A DNA stretch of 63,217 bases, the filler included, from Nemertoderma westbladi (Eukaryota; Animalia; Xenacoelomorpha), in NCBI GenBank assembly GCA_032718475.1. It is 4 parts of 4 records of this genome, joined end to end, with 100 filler letters (N's around TTAATTAATTAA, not from the genome) between each part and the next. Parts side by side here need not be neighbours in the genome. Positions count along the whole stretch, not along the records: positions 37,457 to 56,048 come from JAUCBJ010004517.1; 3 more parts are not named here. One strand, 5' to 3'. A program made the position numbers and the translations under genes. This document shows, one piece after another, positions 37,457 to 49,844 of this stretch. Every line of letters starts with the position of its first letter. Position 1 is the first letter of the stretch. Under the pieces are notes generated by a model that saw only the letters and a program-made list of their open reading frames with translations, was not told the DNA's origin and did not search any database.

Positions 37457-38244
37457 ATGGTTAGTGTGGGGGGGAGCCATGTAGGTGGGAGATTCGGTAG
37501 AAACAGATGGAGGGTTAGTGAGGGGGGGGGGCATGTAGGTGGGAGAGTCGGTAGAAACAGATGGAAGGTTAGTGAGGGGGGAGCCATGTAGGTGGGAGAG
37601 TCGGTAGAAACAGATGGATGGTTAGTGAGGGGGGAGCCATGTAGGTGGGAGAGTCGGTAGAAACAGATGGAGGGTTAGTGAGGGGGGGAGCCATGTAGGT
37701 GGGAGAGTCGGTAGAAACAGATGGAGGGTTAGTGAGGGGGGGAGCCATGTAGGTGGGAGAGTCGGTAGAAACAGATGGAGGGTTAGTGTGGGGGGGAGCC
37801 ATGTAGGTGGGAGATTCGGTAGAAACAGATGGAGGGTTAGTGAGGGGGGAGCCATGTAGGTGGGAGAGTCGGTAGAAACAGATGGAAGGTTAGTGAGGGG
37901 GGAGCCATGTAGGTGGGAGATTCGGTAGAAACAGATGGATGGTTAGTGAGGGGGGAGCCATGTAGGTGGGAGAGCGTTAGAAACAGATGGAAGGTTAGTG
38001 AGGGGGGAGCCATGTAGGTGGGAGATTCGGTAGAAACAGATGGAGGGTTAGTGTGGGGGGAGCCATGTAGGTGGGAGAGTCGGTAGAAACAGATGGAAGG
38101 TTGGTGAGGGGGGAGCCATGTAGGTGGGAGAGTCGGTAGAAACAGATGGAAGGTTAGGGAGGGGGGGGCCATGTAGGTGGGAGAGTCGGTAGAAACAGAT
38201 GGAAGGTTGGTGAGGGGGGAGCCATGTAGGTGGGAGAGTCGGTA
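37457..38244. repeat. 53-54-bp minisatellite (GGTTAGTGAGGGGGGAGCCATGTAGGTGGGAGAGTCGGTAGAAACAGATGGA)
   Basis: About 15 units starting at the contig edge. Confidence 0.95.
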
Positions 38245-38857
38245 ATACCCCACGGAATAGTTTTCTAAAATAAAGTTTTCCTGCCGCTGGCGACGGAAGT
38301 TTAGGTATTGTTCTAGAACCGCAGTGTTAAATAGCGATTTGTTGCCGTTGGCTAAATATTCAATAAAGAAATGCGATTGTATTCAATTCAATTCAATGTA
38401 TTTAATCAGATAAACTGACATATATATAAACCTGTAGAAATGCGGTTACTAGAATCGCACAGACAACTTTAAGAATAAATAAAATTAATGTTCACAGTTC
38501 ATAAACGATTGAGCCAAAAGGTGCATTGTGGCATCCAGGTGGAGAGCGCAAATGGAGCATTTGCGCCGTGCGAGCGCATGGCCGACGGCGTTGGCCATGT
38601 GGTATTGTTCTAGAATATTACAGTATTATTAATCCCATGTAAAGTTAAAAGTTAAAGCCCATGTTGCTGATGGAAAATAACAAATGCCTACCTTGATTTT
38701 GTTAAGGTAAGTTTTGTTTATACTTGAAGGCTTACATATATTAGTATACATGGGCATAATATTCCAAATACTTTTGTTGCGCCTGTCGATTCGTATAAAT
38801 CGACAGGCGCATAGACCCCCCCAATTTATATTACTTGCGCATGTACATTAGTAGGCC

Positions 38858-40650
38858 TACAGAAGTACTTGGGTATTCCTGTATTCACAATATTCAACTA
38901 CCATATATGAAGATAGGGTACGTTTTGACTAAAATTCTGCATCTGATGTAACGTTTTGACTAGGCCTATCTGCCAAAAGAACCTCCACTATATCTGCCCT
39001 ACATGTAGGCCTACCATATTATTAAATTATTATTTATACTTCAAAAATTTGTGGCACGAAACACATCACACGAAATGGAATTACAATAAAAGCAGGCCAT
39101 TTAAAACCATTTTCAATCAATTAATTCAGCACCTTGGAAAACCTAATAAAAAAAAATTATTCAAATTTGTTGAATTGACAAAGGTGGTTCTGAATTAACG
39201 AGGGTGGACCCAGAGCTATCGAGGGTGGTCCCTGAATTAACGAGTGAGGACCCAGAGTTAATAAGGATATTCCCTGGATTAATAAAAAATAATTAATACC
39301 AAAACTAATAACAAAAGAAAACACCCAAAATATAATACCAGCAAATACAGAAATATACTCATATTAACAAATAACACAAAAATAATTATTTAATAAAAAA
39401 TTTAATATTGAACTTTTAAAGCTCTAAAATCACAAAGAAAACCCATGAAGGTGTATTCCAATTACAATTGGTCAACCCCAGTGATTTTAAAATACACCAG
39501 ACATGTCAGAGAGCATTGTAAGTATTATTTCCTTGTGCAAAAATTAATTCTTCTTGATATATTATATGCAAAATTTTCATGCATATTCAAACAATCAAAA
39601 GCGTGAAACCGGTAGTCATACAGCAATTGGATGTCTTTAGTAGGATCGGAAACACTCTAGAGAACATTTAAAAATAAACTTCATCATTCCAAAGTGAATA
39701 CTTCTTGAGATATAGCCTTTCAAAAAATTAACCAATCATAGACCACGTAGCAAAACCCGACAATCCAACAGCTATAAAACATCGTCAGTGAGTTAGGGCA
39801 TACTCCAGAGAATATTCTTAGCTTTCAAACTTCATCCCAAAGTGAAGCAAACTCGAGTTATCGTCGTTCAAAGCATTAGCCAATCAGGCGCCGTATCTGA
39901 TGACCACGGTATGGGGGTGACTTGGGACCTCAACGCGAGATTCAGAACACCATCCAAAACATATTCGCATAAAATCTTATCACTAATTGTCAAGGCCTAG
40001 GTAAGTTTTCAGCGTTTGAATATTTGAGCCAATCAGGTGCCAGATACAGTGACCACGGTACGCGCGTGACCTGAGACCCCAATGGAAGGTTCAGAGTACT
40101 GGCCAAAACATTTTCGCATCAAATTGTACCGTAAAATGTTACTGCATATCAGCAAAGTCACCTACCGGTATTTGATCAGCAAAAGATCAGGTCTGACTGT
40201 GTGATTTGGGTCTGATCATATTTTCCTTTGCATGCATAAGAAGCCCTTCAATGGTCAATATCCGCTACATTGATCTAATCCATATCGTCAGATAGCCCGT
40301 GTTGCTGTTATAAGATTTATTTTGATTTGGTGCGATTTGGGTAATTTTAGTTTTTTTGGGGTAAACTATGGTATTAATAACTTCCAGTAAAATGCCTACG
40401 TTAAGAACATTGCTAGAAATGTCAATCATCTATAGCCTACAAACTAAGGGTAACTGTCAGCCAGTTACTGTACATGAGCAGATGGGTATACTAAGTACAG
40501 GAGTACTTGGATATTCATGTATTCACAATACTCAACTATATGAAGATAGGGTACGTTTTGACTAAAATACGGCATCTGATGTAACGTTTTGACTAGGCCT
40601 ATCTGCCAAAAGAACCTCCACTATATATGCCCTACATGTAGGCCTACCAT
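38858..40650. repeat. Pair of about 155-bp direct repeats (38858-39017 and 40496-40650)
   Basis: AGTACTTGG...GAAGATAGGGTACGTTTTGACTAAAAT...GCCAAAAGAACCTCCACTATAT...TAGGCCTACCAT occurs twice. Confidence 0.85.
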
Positions 40651-42207
40651 GCCTGCACCGGTGCTCACTACAGACTGTGGAGGTAGCTACCGGCAAGAGG
40701 TGTTTGGTATATAGTTTTAGTCAGTAATGGCATACAGCAACTACTGACTGTATGATTTCATCAAGTTCATCAAACCAGGCTGATGAATCAGCTGTATTAA
40801 TAATTGCAGCCGGATTGGATAAATTATTAATTAATTTGGGGAACTTTTCTAATTAGTAAAATCGTTAATTAGTTCGATTCAAAAGATTTTAGAGTAATTA
40901 TAATTTGTAAAATAGTAAACAGCTTTGATACACCTTGTGAATAAGGATTTGGGGGACGGGGGGGCAAAGCCCCCCCGCCAATTAGGTAATTAAGTAATTA
41001 GTTAATTACTAATTAACGGTAGGAGATACGGCATCGGCGCCATAGACTTTTTTGTGTAGAATAAAATTCCGAACAACTTTGTGATGTTACGTTTTTTCAT
41101 AGCTCTTAGTGTTTTCGAGTTACGACGCTAATTAGTTTTCGGCTAATTAGTACTAATTAACAGTAATAGGAGGGCCATAGCGATGACTGAACTTTTTTTA
41201 GATCTTACCGAGATGAACAAAAAAAAACACCGTTGCTAGGGGAAAAACCAAATACTTTTCGAGAAAAATCAATTAGAAATCTTTAATCGCTAATTACTAA
41301 TTAATTAATTAACATATTTTTGCCAAATATTTCTCTGCTGTGCGCGCTCGGGCCATCTATAAGATCGCGCAAACAGAATCGTTCTAGCTTTCGCCGTTCT
41401 CCTGGAAAAATCCTTTAAAGATCCACCTAAAAAAGATCAAAGCAAAGTGCCTACTTCCCAGCACTGGCCTAGAATCATAGTCTTATGAGGTTTTATGTGG
41501 GGATTTATGTTAGTTTCCTATGTTTCATTAAATAGGCTGCATTATTTATACCTAATAAGACTCTGTCGAGCCTTTGGCTCTCCAGTGGCAGCCTATTGCT
41601 GGCAGCCTATTGCTCTAGTATTATTTTGTAAGGACCCACAGGTCGCCTCATGTGGCTATCCCATTACGTGTTAATTGTAACCGCATAGTGTATAACATAT
41701 AGCATACAGTAGAACCACTACACTACGTATATCTACACCGTTACCTATCAAACATATTCATTACACTTACAATAATAAGTAGCTATAGTTACCTAAAAGT
41801 GACTTAATCGAACTATCTGTAATTAATAGGATATCAATTTTGTATTATCAATTAATTGTACATACCAATTTTTAATATTTTTTAACCCGTGTTTAATAAA
41901 GTCTACTTTAGTAATAAAATAACTGAATGAACTATATATGTTCGATTTGAAGTATAATTTGTGTTTTAGTGTTATATTATCATTCTATATTTTATCACTA
42001 ATAAATCAATATCAATCAAACCAAGAAACGAAATTCATCAGAACAGGTTACAATTTTATTTCTGATGATAAAAAAATAAATTTTAGTGATAATTTCTATA
42101 TTTTAATTAAAAATTTTAGTGGGAAAAGCAATAAATAATTGTTTTAATGACCAATCAATTAATTTGTTTCGTATTATAATATAATATCATTCTATCTCTC
42201 CGTCCAG

Positions 42208-42500
42208 GTATAGAAGTCCTGGACCGGGCCGGACAGAGTCTCTCCAGGTCTCGGGTTCTGGCCGCCGAGTCGGAAGCCGTTGCTGACGTCATCGTCGACG
42301 ACCTGGGGACCCAACGGGACCAGTTGTCTAGGACACGGGACAGACTGTACGACACCGACACAGACCTAACCAGAACTCGTAAAATACTTCGTACAATGAC
42401 ACTCAATGTATTCGGTAATAAAATTCTACTAATTTGTGTCATTATTCTCCTATTGGCTATACTCTGTGCTGAAGTTTACCTTAAATTCTTCAATAATTAA
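42208..42500 (+). CDS. VTI1B: VTI1B Qb-SNARE, terminal exon (SNARE motif plus TM anchor)
   Basis: Acceptor ctctctccgtccag|GT. (G)IEVLDRAGQSLSRSRVLAAESEAVADVIVDDLGTQRDQLSRTRDRLYDTDTDLTRTRKILRTMTLNVFGNKILLICVIILLLAILCAEVYLKFFNN* parallels VTI1B (LGEQRDQLERTKSRL...SRKILRSM...NKLLL...YYKFF). Confidence 0.9.
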
Positions 42501-43040
42501 CATTGGAAGTTAAGTTAATATATTTATAAGCCCCGGAATTATTCCTGAAATTATATCGCGTTCCACGATGAATTGTTTTAAAAATTGCTGCTTTTCTATC
42601 ACATTTTCTACGTCGTTTTATAAATTAATTATTAAAGCAATTTAATCGCCTTATATCGTGAATAATTTAACATTCCGTCGGCCGTCGCATTTTACTAATA
42701 TTCTGGAGTACATTGATATATTAAACTTTTTATATATTGTGCTTTGTAATTATATAATAATATCATAATTAAAGTATAATTAAGTGGTTTCATGTGTTTT
42801 TATTATGTTCTTCCACTTTACAAATAGTATAAAATAAATAAGAGAACTGAAGATAGTTAACATTCTACCTTGTAACATGCGTTCGTCGATAGGGAAATAT
42901 TTTACTTTGTTCGAATAGCTGTGAGGACTCACTCTACATGCTCTTTCTTGATTGCCCGTCATTATCCGTCCTGGCCTCCAGATAAGGATAATTTTAAATC
43001 TTATATTGTATTACATTATTTTGAGCAGTTTTGATTTACA

Positions 43041-43312
43041 AGCAGCAGCTTGGTCTAGTGGTGACATTACTGTGCTTCCGATTAGGGAGCCCGGGTTCGA
43101 TCCCTAGATGGGGCAGCACTGTTTGGGCACAGTGCTTTAAATGCTGCAGCCTAGCCCAACCCCGGCTTTCATCCTTCAGTGGTCGATAAATGGGAACCAA
43201 GGCAACTTGGGAAACAGAGTGGAAGGGTTTACTGTGGAATATCACCCATGGTGGTGAACAGGCATTCCTTGGTTTAACGAGCCTAAAAGATTCTCCCATT
43301 CATTACATTATT
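43041..43312 (+). mobile_element. tRNA-derived SINE with a Deu/Nin-like central domain
   Basis: A box TGGTCTAGTGG, B box GGTTCGATCCC, core GCTTTCATCCTTCAGTGGTCGATAAATG and a (CATT)-type tail. Confidence 0.8.
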
Positions 43313-43679
43313 TTATATTTTAAATATAATTTGTACTTACGTATCCCCCCCGTTGCTCCGAGTGGAGGTGCAGCATACACAAAATTACCAACGATAATTG
43401 AGAAAATGTGATCAACGCTGCGATAAATTTTTTTATCAAATACCGGTAATAAGGATTACTTTATTTATAATTTGTTAGTTTCTCTTAGCACTAGTAGGTA
43501 ACCCTGGAGCAACATGCAGATTTCCAGCAACAGTTAATAAAACCAGAAAACGGGAACTAAGTTAAAAAATTGAAATTGTAATGACAAGTGTAACTGTGTA
43601 AACTAAGTGGTTTAATGAGTCTAGGTGATCCGAAGTATCTTAACAGATTAAATGCAATACTGTTCACGGGGAGGCCCTC

Positions 43680-43929
43680 GGTTATCGTTCATATGCGTAC
43701 CTCTGGCAAAAGAAGCAGGTTACAGTGGTGGTGTTTTCTAACCAAAACAATAAACTAATCTCCATTACTTAATTTCTCCATTACTTAATTAACGGAAAGG
43801 AGCAGGTTACAGTGGTGGGCTTTTCTAACCAAAACAATAAACAATATCTCAATAACATAGGGTATTTCATACTTATAGTCTTATTTTTGCAATACGAAAA
43901 TACCAGAGGTACGCATATGAACTATAACT
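43680..43929. mobile_element. MITE, about 27-bp TIRs, 8-bp TSD AGGCCCTC
   Basis: GGTTATCGTTCATATGCGTACCTCTGG ... CCAGAGGTACGCATATGAACTATAACT. TSD at 43672-43679 and 43930-43937. Confidence 0.9.
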
Positions 43930-43970
43930 AGGCCCTCGGTTGGTAGCCATTCTACGCAATTTTCACCTGT

Positions 43971-44327
43971 TTACCACAACAACCCCTTCCTCTTCTTTGA
44001 GTTTGATTTTAACCGCCTCTCCTCCCATTCCAACCTCGCTATCTCAGCCCGCAGTTCCTCTCTCCGCGCCTCTTCCGCTCGCATCTGCGCCTCGATAACG
44101 TAAATCCGCGTTCGGATTTTCCCCTCCGCGAAATCGTTTTCCTTCATGGCGGGAACTCTAAGTATAACGGCGATTCCCCCAACGAAACAAAGTACAATGA
44201 GTACCGTCAGCCATAGAAACCGGTATACAATGTTACGGGGCACTTTTATAGACATAAATTTTTGATTTTCCTTTTCCAAAACAGTTCGTATTTTTTTGCT
44301 AGTTTCCGAAATATTATAGCCATCCAT
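43971..44327 (-). CDS. Small orphan protein (118 aa) with one TM helix and a C-terminal coiled coil
   Basis: ATG at 44327. Hydrophobic FLWLTVLIVLCFVGGIAVIL, then EAQMRAEEARREELRAEIARLEWEERRL. Coding-like GC/CpG content within AT-rich flanks. Confidence 0.55.
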   Translation of the reverse strand: MDGYNISETSKKIRTVLEKENQKFMSIKVPRNIVYRFLWLTVLIVLCFVGGIAVILRVPAMKENDFAEGKIRTRIYVIEAQMRAEEARREELRAEIARLEWEERRLKSNSKKRKGLLW

Positions 44328-44764
44328 TGAACAACTCGTTGTATGAAAGTTAAGTTTATTATTGACGGCGATGTGGTTACCAACCGCCGTGTACCGGTAT
44401 CGCCAGACCGCTCCGGGATACACAAATAGTTTTCCCATTAAGAACCGGGGTCCCGTCCCTACAGATAATGCCATGGCTCAATTGCGATGGAGCCCACTGC
44501 CCAATGGACTGCAGAAGACCAATAATTGCCGGTTCCGGTTAGATACAATACTGCATAGTCCTACTACTGGTGTACTGATATAGATACTGATTAACAGCAA
44601 CCAGTAGCACAACAACACATTGGAGTTACTACCTCTATTGCTGGCAAGGGACGTCCTCTAATACTGCTAATATTATAGGACAGGACGCCTTTATTGACAA
44701 ATCTAAATCGATTGATCGACTCGAAACAAATAACAGCTGATTTCTCCCAAAAATTGTCCCACCT

Positions 44765-45035
44765 TGCCTTGGTGTAGTGGTTGCATTGAAGATTTAATAC
44801 GCAACTCTCGGAGTCGTGGGTTCAATCCCCGCATAGGCCAGGGTAGTTTTTGTTTCGGCACGAATCCTTTGAAAGGACTAGTCAGGGTGCATCTCTTCCT
44901 TGCATCCTTAAATGGTAGCTCATTGAGAACTGAAGTTTACTCTGGGAAGTATAGTTTTGGGGTACCGCACTGAAATGGAAATAAGTCGTCAGACTTTGTG
45001 TGTAATCCCTGGTCTAACGGCCGAAGAAAATTGAC
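44765..45035 (+). mobile_element. tRNA-derived SINE inserted in the 940-family repeat
   Basis: A box TGGTGTAGTGG, B box GGTTCAATCCC. A deleted sister copy is at 25757-25892. Confidence 0.75.
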
Positions 45036-45226
45036 TTTTTTTACATTACTATAAAAATAAAACGGTAACCTGTTATCGCTGTTCTATTGACTTAGTTATT
45101 GTTTTGGTTAGAATAACGTGACTCTCGACTCTGTAACATCTGTTCCTTTCCCTAAATTGATAATACAAAATTGAGACGAGAAATTACTTCGCCAAGATGG
45201 GGGTTTGCATCTATCCCCCCGTCTTG

Positions 45227-46960
45227 GGTAACGCGTCATTAGGTCCTTTGGTCGTTAGGTCCCGCGTCATTAGGTCCTGTGAGTGGTCGTTAGGTCCTGC
45301 GGCATTAGGTCCTGCGGCGTTAAGTCCTGCGTCATTAGGTCCTGCGACATTAGGTCTTCTATAATAGCGTCATTAGGTCCTTTGGTCGTTAGGTCCTGCG
45401 TCATTAGGTCCTCTGCGGCTTTGGCGATTGGGGGGTTTCCAGATTTTTCAGTTTTTTTAATTTTTAATTTCACATTTCATTTTGTCATTTTTCATAGTTA
45501 TAAGGTTAACGTTATGAGAAATATTTTCGACTAAAACAGGTCGAGCGCAACGAGGCTTGTAATGTTCTATGGTGACGACATAGTGTCATCTTTAGTTCAT
45601 CGTCAGTCTACGTTATGAAATATATTTTCGGATAAAACAGGACGAGCGCAACGAGGCTTGTAATGTTCTATGGTGACGAGTACTGCGTCCCTAAACCATT
45701 CTCCTAAACCAATTGACTAGCACAGTTCCCATGAGCACTGCTCATACGACCTACAAAAATAGTTCACATAAATAGAAAAAAGTTCCCCCTCCCTCCCGCT
45801 CCCAAATAAACGCCCACTCAAAACTTGATTCAAATAGCCGCACTACTTTTATCTTCAACATTACTAACACATATTTTCACATATGTTCAACAACATTAAC
45901 ATATGATAACACAAAACACAACACTATAAAGAATGAATAAATGATTAAAGTAAAAATTAGAACGATTTTGAATGGTACCGGTATACAAAAATAACTCAGT
46001 TAAGTAGTTCTTTCAAGTTCACGGTTAAGTAGTAATCCAACAATAAGAACTGGATCCTTACAGCAATGATTTCCCTGCGACTAACTTTTCCATTCGATCA
46101 AGGTATGGATACAGTAGCTGGGGTATTAGGATTGGAATAATGTTGTCTGCCATGTGGTCCAATTTAGAAGCAAGATCATCCCTCGCCAACTTTATTTCGC
46201 GATCAATTCCTAGATAACTTGGTCGCTTTGGTTGGGCTACATGCCAACCAATAATTTACGTCCCCGAATTGCGCAGTTGTGAATAATTTGTTGAACAACA
46301 AACAGGAACTCCCCTAAATCAGGATGTTTGTGATGGAAATGCGTTCGCAGAGCATTATGATAACCTTCCGCATGGTTGGTCGTTCGTGGTCCATTATTGT
46401 CGTAATCTGGTAATGGTTCCATATTTCTAACATATCAGGGCGCAGCCACCGCACAAAGTAGTCAATGAAAACACGTAATTGTATATCGCCGGGTGGTCCT
46501 ACAACTGGTACATCTGTCTTTAATTGCTCGAAGACATGAAGCACTAAGGGGACAGGAACCATACAAAGAGCTACAACCCTTCAAATCCACCTCTTTACTG
46601 CAGGGTTGTCACGGTAGGCTGTTCTCAGGCCCAACCTACCGTTTATACCGACCTACCCTTTCTACTACCGGTACCTACAATATTGCCATATACCTTGTAT
46701 ACCAGTATACAGTGGCCTACCGGACACCGGTACCTGTCCTGCTGTCAGCCTGTTCACTGTACAGTAGTGGAATACAGGACCTAACGACGCAGGCAGGCAG
46801 GACCTAACGACGCTCCACAGGACCTAACGTCGCACGATATGACACAACAGGACCTAATGACGCAGGACCTAATGTCGCAGGACCTAATGCCTCAGGACCT
46901 AACGACGCAGGACCTAACGACGCAGGACCTAACGACCAAAGGACCCAACGACGCGGAACC
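45227..46960 (-). mobile_element. Mutator-like (MULE) deletion derivative with tandem-repeat TIRs and a transposase remnant
   Basis: Arms of 15-bp (GCGTCATTAGGTCCT)n at 45230-45415, inverted at 46775-46960. TSD CCGTCTTG (45219-45226 / 46961-46968). Internal FIDYF..W...IWN / PRTTNHAEGYHNAL...KHP is the MULE C-terminal catalytic region (46200-46562). Confidence 0.88.
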
Positions 46961-47404
46961 CCGTCTTGCACGTCCTCAGTTCCAGCTGATCCCCTATATT
47001 CAGATGGGCCAATCAGGAATCAGCTGAGCCAGGGTTGGGCAAGAAGTCAAGCCAAGCAAACACAGGGAATTTAATTCAAACCCAAATCGAATTAACCAAA
47101 TCTAAGTAAATCAAATTTAATTCAGCCTCTATACCTGTATGACAGAAAATTGCACGCTTTTAGCTGTTTAGTTAGAACAAGCATGTTACGAGAGAGGTTT
47201 GTAGAGCTGACAAAATCAGTGGAGTAAAATATTGTGTGGCCAATCACATTCCTTTTCACATTTCCCTTTTGCTTTGATGAGGGGTTTGGCCGTATGGCAG
47301 TATGGGGTTTGGGTCTTTTTAGGAATACATCAGTTCCTTACTAGTTACTACAGTATGCAGTACTAGTCCAGTAAAAAAAAAGTAATTTTTTAATGGCTAC
47401 CAAT

Positions 47405-48597
47405 CAGCCAATTAAATTCATCCCAAAATTTATGAAAATTTCACCAAAAAAAATTATTTTATACCAAATTGAATAATGTGACCCCAAAAAAAATTATTCA
47501 AAACCAAATAAAATAAAGTCACCCCAAATAATATTATTCAAACACCAAAATAAATTTTTCAAAACCAAAAAAAAATATTCAACACCAAAACCAATTATTC
47601 AATACCAAAATAAATAAATGCTCCCCAAAACCAATTATTAGCACCAAAATAAATGACAAAACCCCGAAAATAATTACAAATTTTCCTAAAACAAATACAT
47701 TTTAGCCCAAAATAAATACATTTTCCCCCAAAACAAAATACATTTTCCCCCAAAACAAATACATTTTAGCCCAAAACAAATACATTTTCCCCCAAAACAA
47801 ATACATTTTAGCCCAAAATAAATACATTTTCCCCCAAAACAAATACATTTTCGCCCAAAATAAATACATTTTCCCTCAAATCAAATACATTTTTGCCCAA
47901 AATAAATACATTTTCCCTCAAATCAAATACATTTTTGCCCAAAATAAATACATTTTCCCTCAAATCAAATACATTTTTGCCCAAAATAAATACATAATCC
48001 CCCAAAATATATATTATACTACTGCAGCAATAGGCCTCGCACTTCCTGGAAGTTAGACAAAAACTTCAGTACTGACGTAATACTGAAACCTAATAACAGA
48101 ATTAAGAAATAGGCCATAGGCAATAATAGATAGGCAATAGGCCTATAGGTACGAATACTGAAACTGAACACTGAAGCATGCGCCCATGTGAAGAATACCA
48201 GGATTTAATATAAAATATTTGGTGCTGGAATAATTTTTTTGGTTGACAAGTAATTATTTTTTGGGGGAAAATAATTGTTTTTGGGGAATCAATAATTGTT
48301 TTTGGGGGTAGAGTAATTGTTTTTGGGGATGAATAATTGTTTTTGGGGGATGAATAATTGTTTTTTGGGGGAAGAATAATTGTTTTTGGGGGATGAATAC
48401 TGTTTTTTGGGAATCAATAATATTGTTATTGGGGGACGAATAATTGTTTTGGGGGGATGAATAATTGTTTTTGGTGAGAGGGATATTCAATATTGGGGGA
48501 TGTGAATTGGTGCTACAAAAAAAATATATTTGGTGAAAAATAATTTATTTTGGTGTTAGTTAAATCATCTAATTTGGGGTGGCATTCAATTAGTGGC
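47405..48597. mobile_element. Foldback-like element with inverted arms of about 21-bp tandem repeats
   Basis: Left arm AAATACATTTTCCCCCAAAAC-type units (to 48005). Right arm AATAATTGTTTTTTGGGGG-type units (48220-48560) in the opposite orientation. Confidence 0.6.
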
Positions 48598-48912
48598 GTT
48601 TTTTAATTTAATTAAATATCAACTAATTTATGACAAATACACACGTAATTATTAATGGTATAATAAATATGTAAATAATTTTGTACGGTAGAAGTCTAGA
48701 AGATAAAATGTGGGTTGGAAGGGGAATGTACGAATATTCCTAATAATTGGGTAATTAAATAAACAACAAACTAATTAAGCTTGCTCTGCTGGCGCGGCGC
48801 GGCGTGGCGCGGCGCGGCGTGGTGTGGCATAGCACGTGTGATTGAGCTGACGGCTTACATGCCTCTAACCGCCTAAACCTGACTACAGAACAGAGGACAG
48901 AGCGCCTTTTTT

Positions 48913-49146
48913 GGTTATCATTCATATGCGTACCTGTGGCAAAATAAGCAGGTTACAGTGGTGGTGTTTTCTAACCAAAACAATAAACTAATCTCCATTA
49001 CTTAATTAACGGAAAGGAGCAGGTTACAGTGGTGGGCTTTTCTAACCAAAACAATAAACAATATCTCAATAACATAGGGTATTTCATACTTATAGTCTTA
49101 TTTTTGCAATACGAAAATACCACACGTACGGATATGAACTATAACT
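48913..49146. mobile_element. MITE (same family as 43680), 8-bp TSD CCTTTTTT
   Basis: Near-identical body and TIRs. TSD at 48905-48912 and 49147-49154. Lies about 150 bp upstream of the BMS1 ATG. Confidence 0.9.
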
Positions 49147-49298
49147 CCTTTTTTTAATTCAGTAATTTGAGCTTTTACTTACGGTTGGTATTTCACCGGT
49201 CAGCCGGTAGGCCTACATTTAGAATTGTTGAAAGTTTGATAAGTTTAGTTTAGTGTTTAGACCTATTTGTTAATTGGATATTGGATATACGATTAATT

Positions 49299-49844
49299 AT
49301 GGGTGATAATAATGACGGAGATATTCAAAAACAACACCGACCGAGGCACTCAGGTAGGAAAGCGGAAAGGAAGAAAAACAAATCGCGGGAGGATGATAAA
49401 GAGGGGGTTTCTAATCGGGACAACTCGTTGGCTGCCCGGAAACTCCGTAACCCCAAGGCCTTCGCAGTACAGAGTCACGAGAAACAGGCGCGGTACTTCC
49501 GACGGCGTCTAGACGTAGAAACCAACCGGCATCGAGTCCCGGTCATCGACAGAACGTCGGTGGAACCGCCTCCGTACATCGTCGGTGTGTTCGGACCCCC
49601 TCGCGTCGGCAAGTCGACCCTCGTACGCGCGCTAGTCAAGGACGCCGCCCACCAACGGGTCTCCAACCTCGTCGGCCCCGTCACCTTGGTAACCGCGAAG
49701 AAACGACGGATTACCTACATCGAATGTCCCAACGATATTAACTGTATGATCGACTTAGCCAAAGTCGTGGATTTGGCGTTGCTTCTGATAGACGCGAGTT
49801 TCGGATTCGAAATGGAAACTTTTGAGTTCATTAATATCGCTCAG
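49299..49844 (+). CDS. BMS1: BMS1 ribosome-biogenesis GTPase, exon 1
   Basis: RNPKAFA, HRVPVIDR, P-loop GPPRVGKST, KKRRITYIECPNDINCMIDLAK, LIDASFGFEMETFEF. Donor CAG|gttggt. Confidence 0.95.

Noticed and set aside
38858-40650. LTR retrotransposon bounded by the 155-bp direct repeats
   Set aside because: No TG...CA ends, PBS, PPT, TSD or internal coding remnants seen.
40944-41414. Kolobok-like MITE (AGGATTT...AAATCCT|TTAA)
   Set aside because: The TIR is only 7 bp and the left TTAA target site is not intact, so support is insufficient.
43041-43110. Functional tRNA genes here and at 10447 and 44765
   Set aside because: A and B boxes are present but the cloverleaf stems are broken. Two of them continue into SINE bodies.
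43971-44474. COA3/CCDC56 identity, and the longer 167-aa start
   Set aside because: Similarity is limited to RNIV before a TM helix, too weak to name. The upstream extension looks non-coding.
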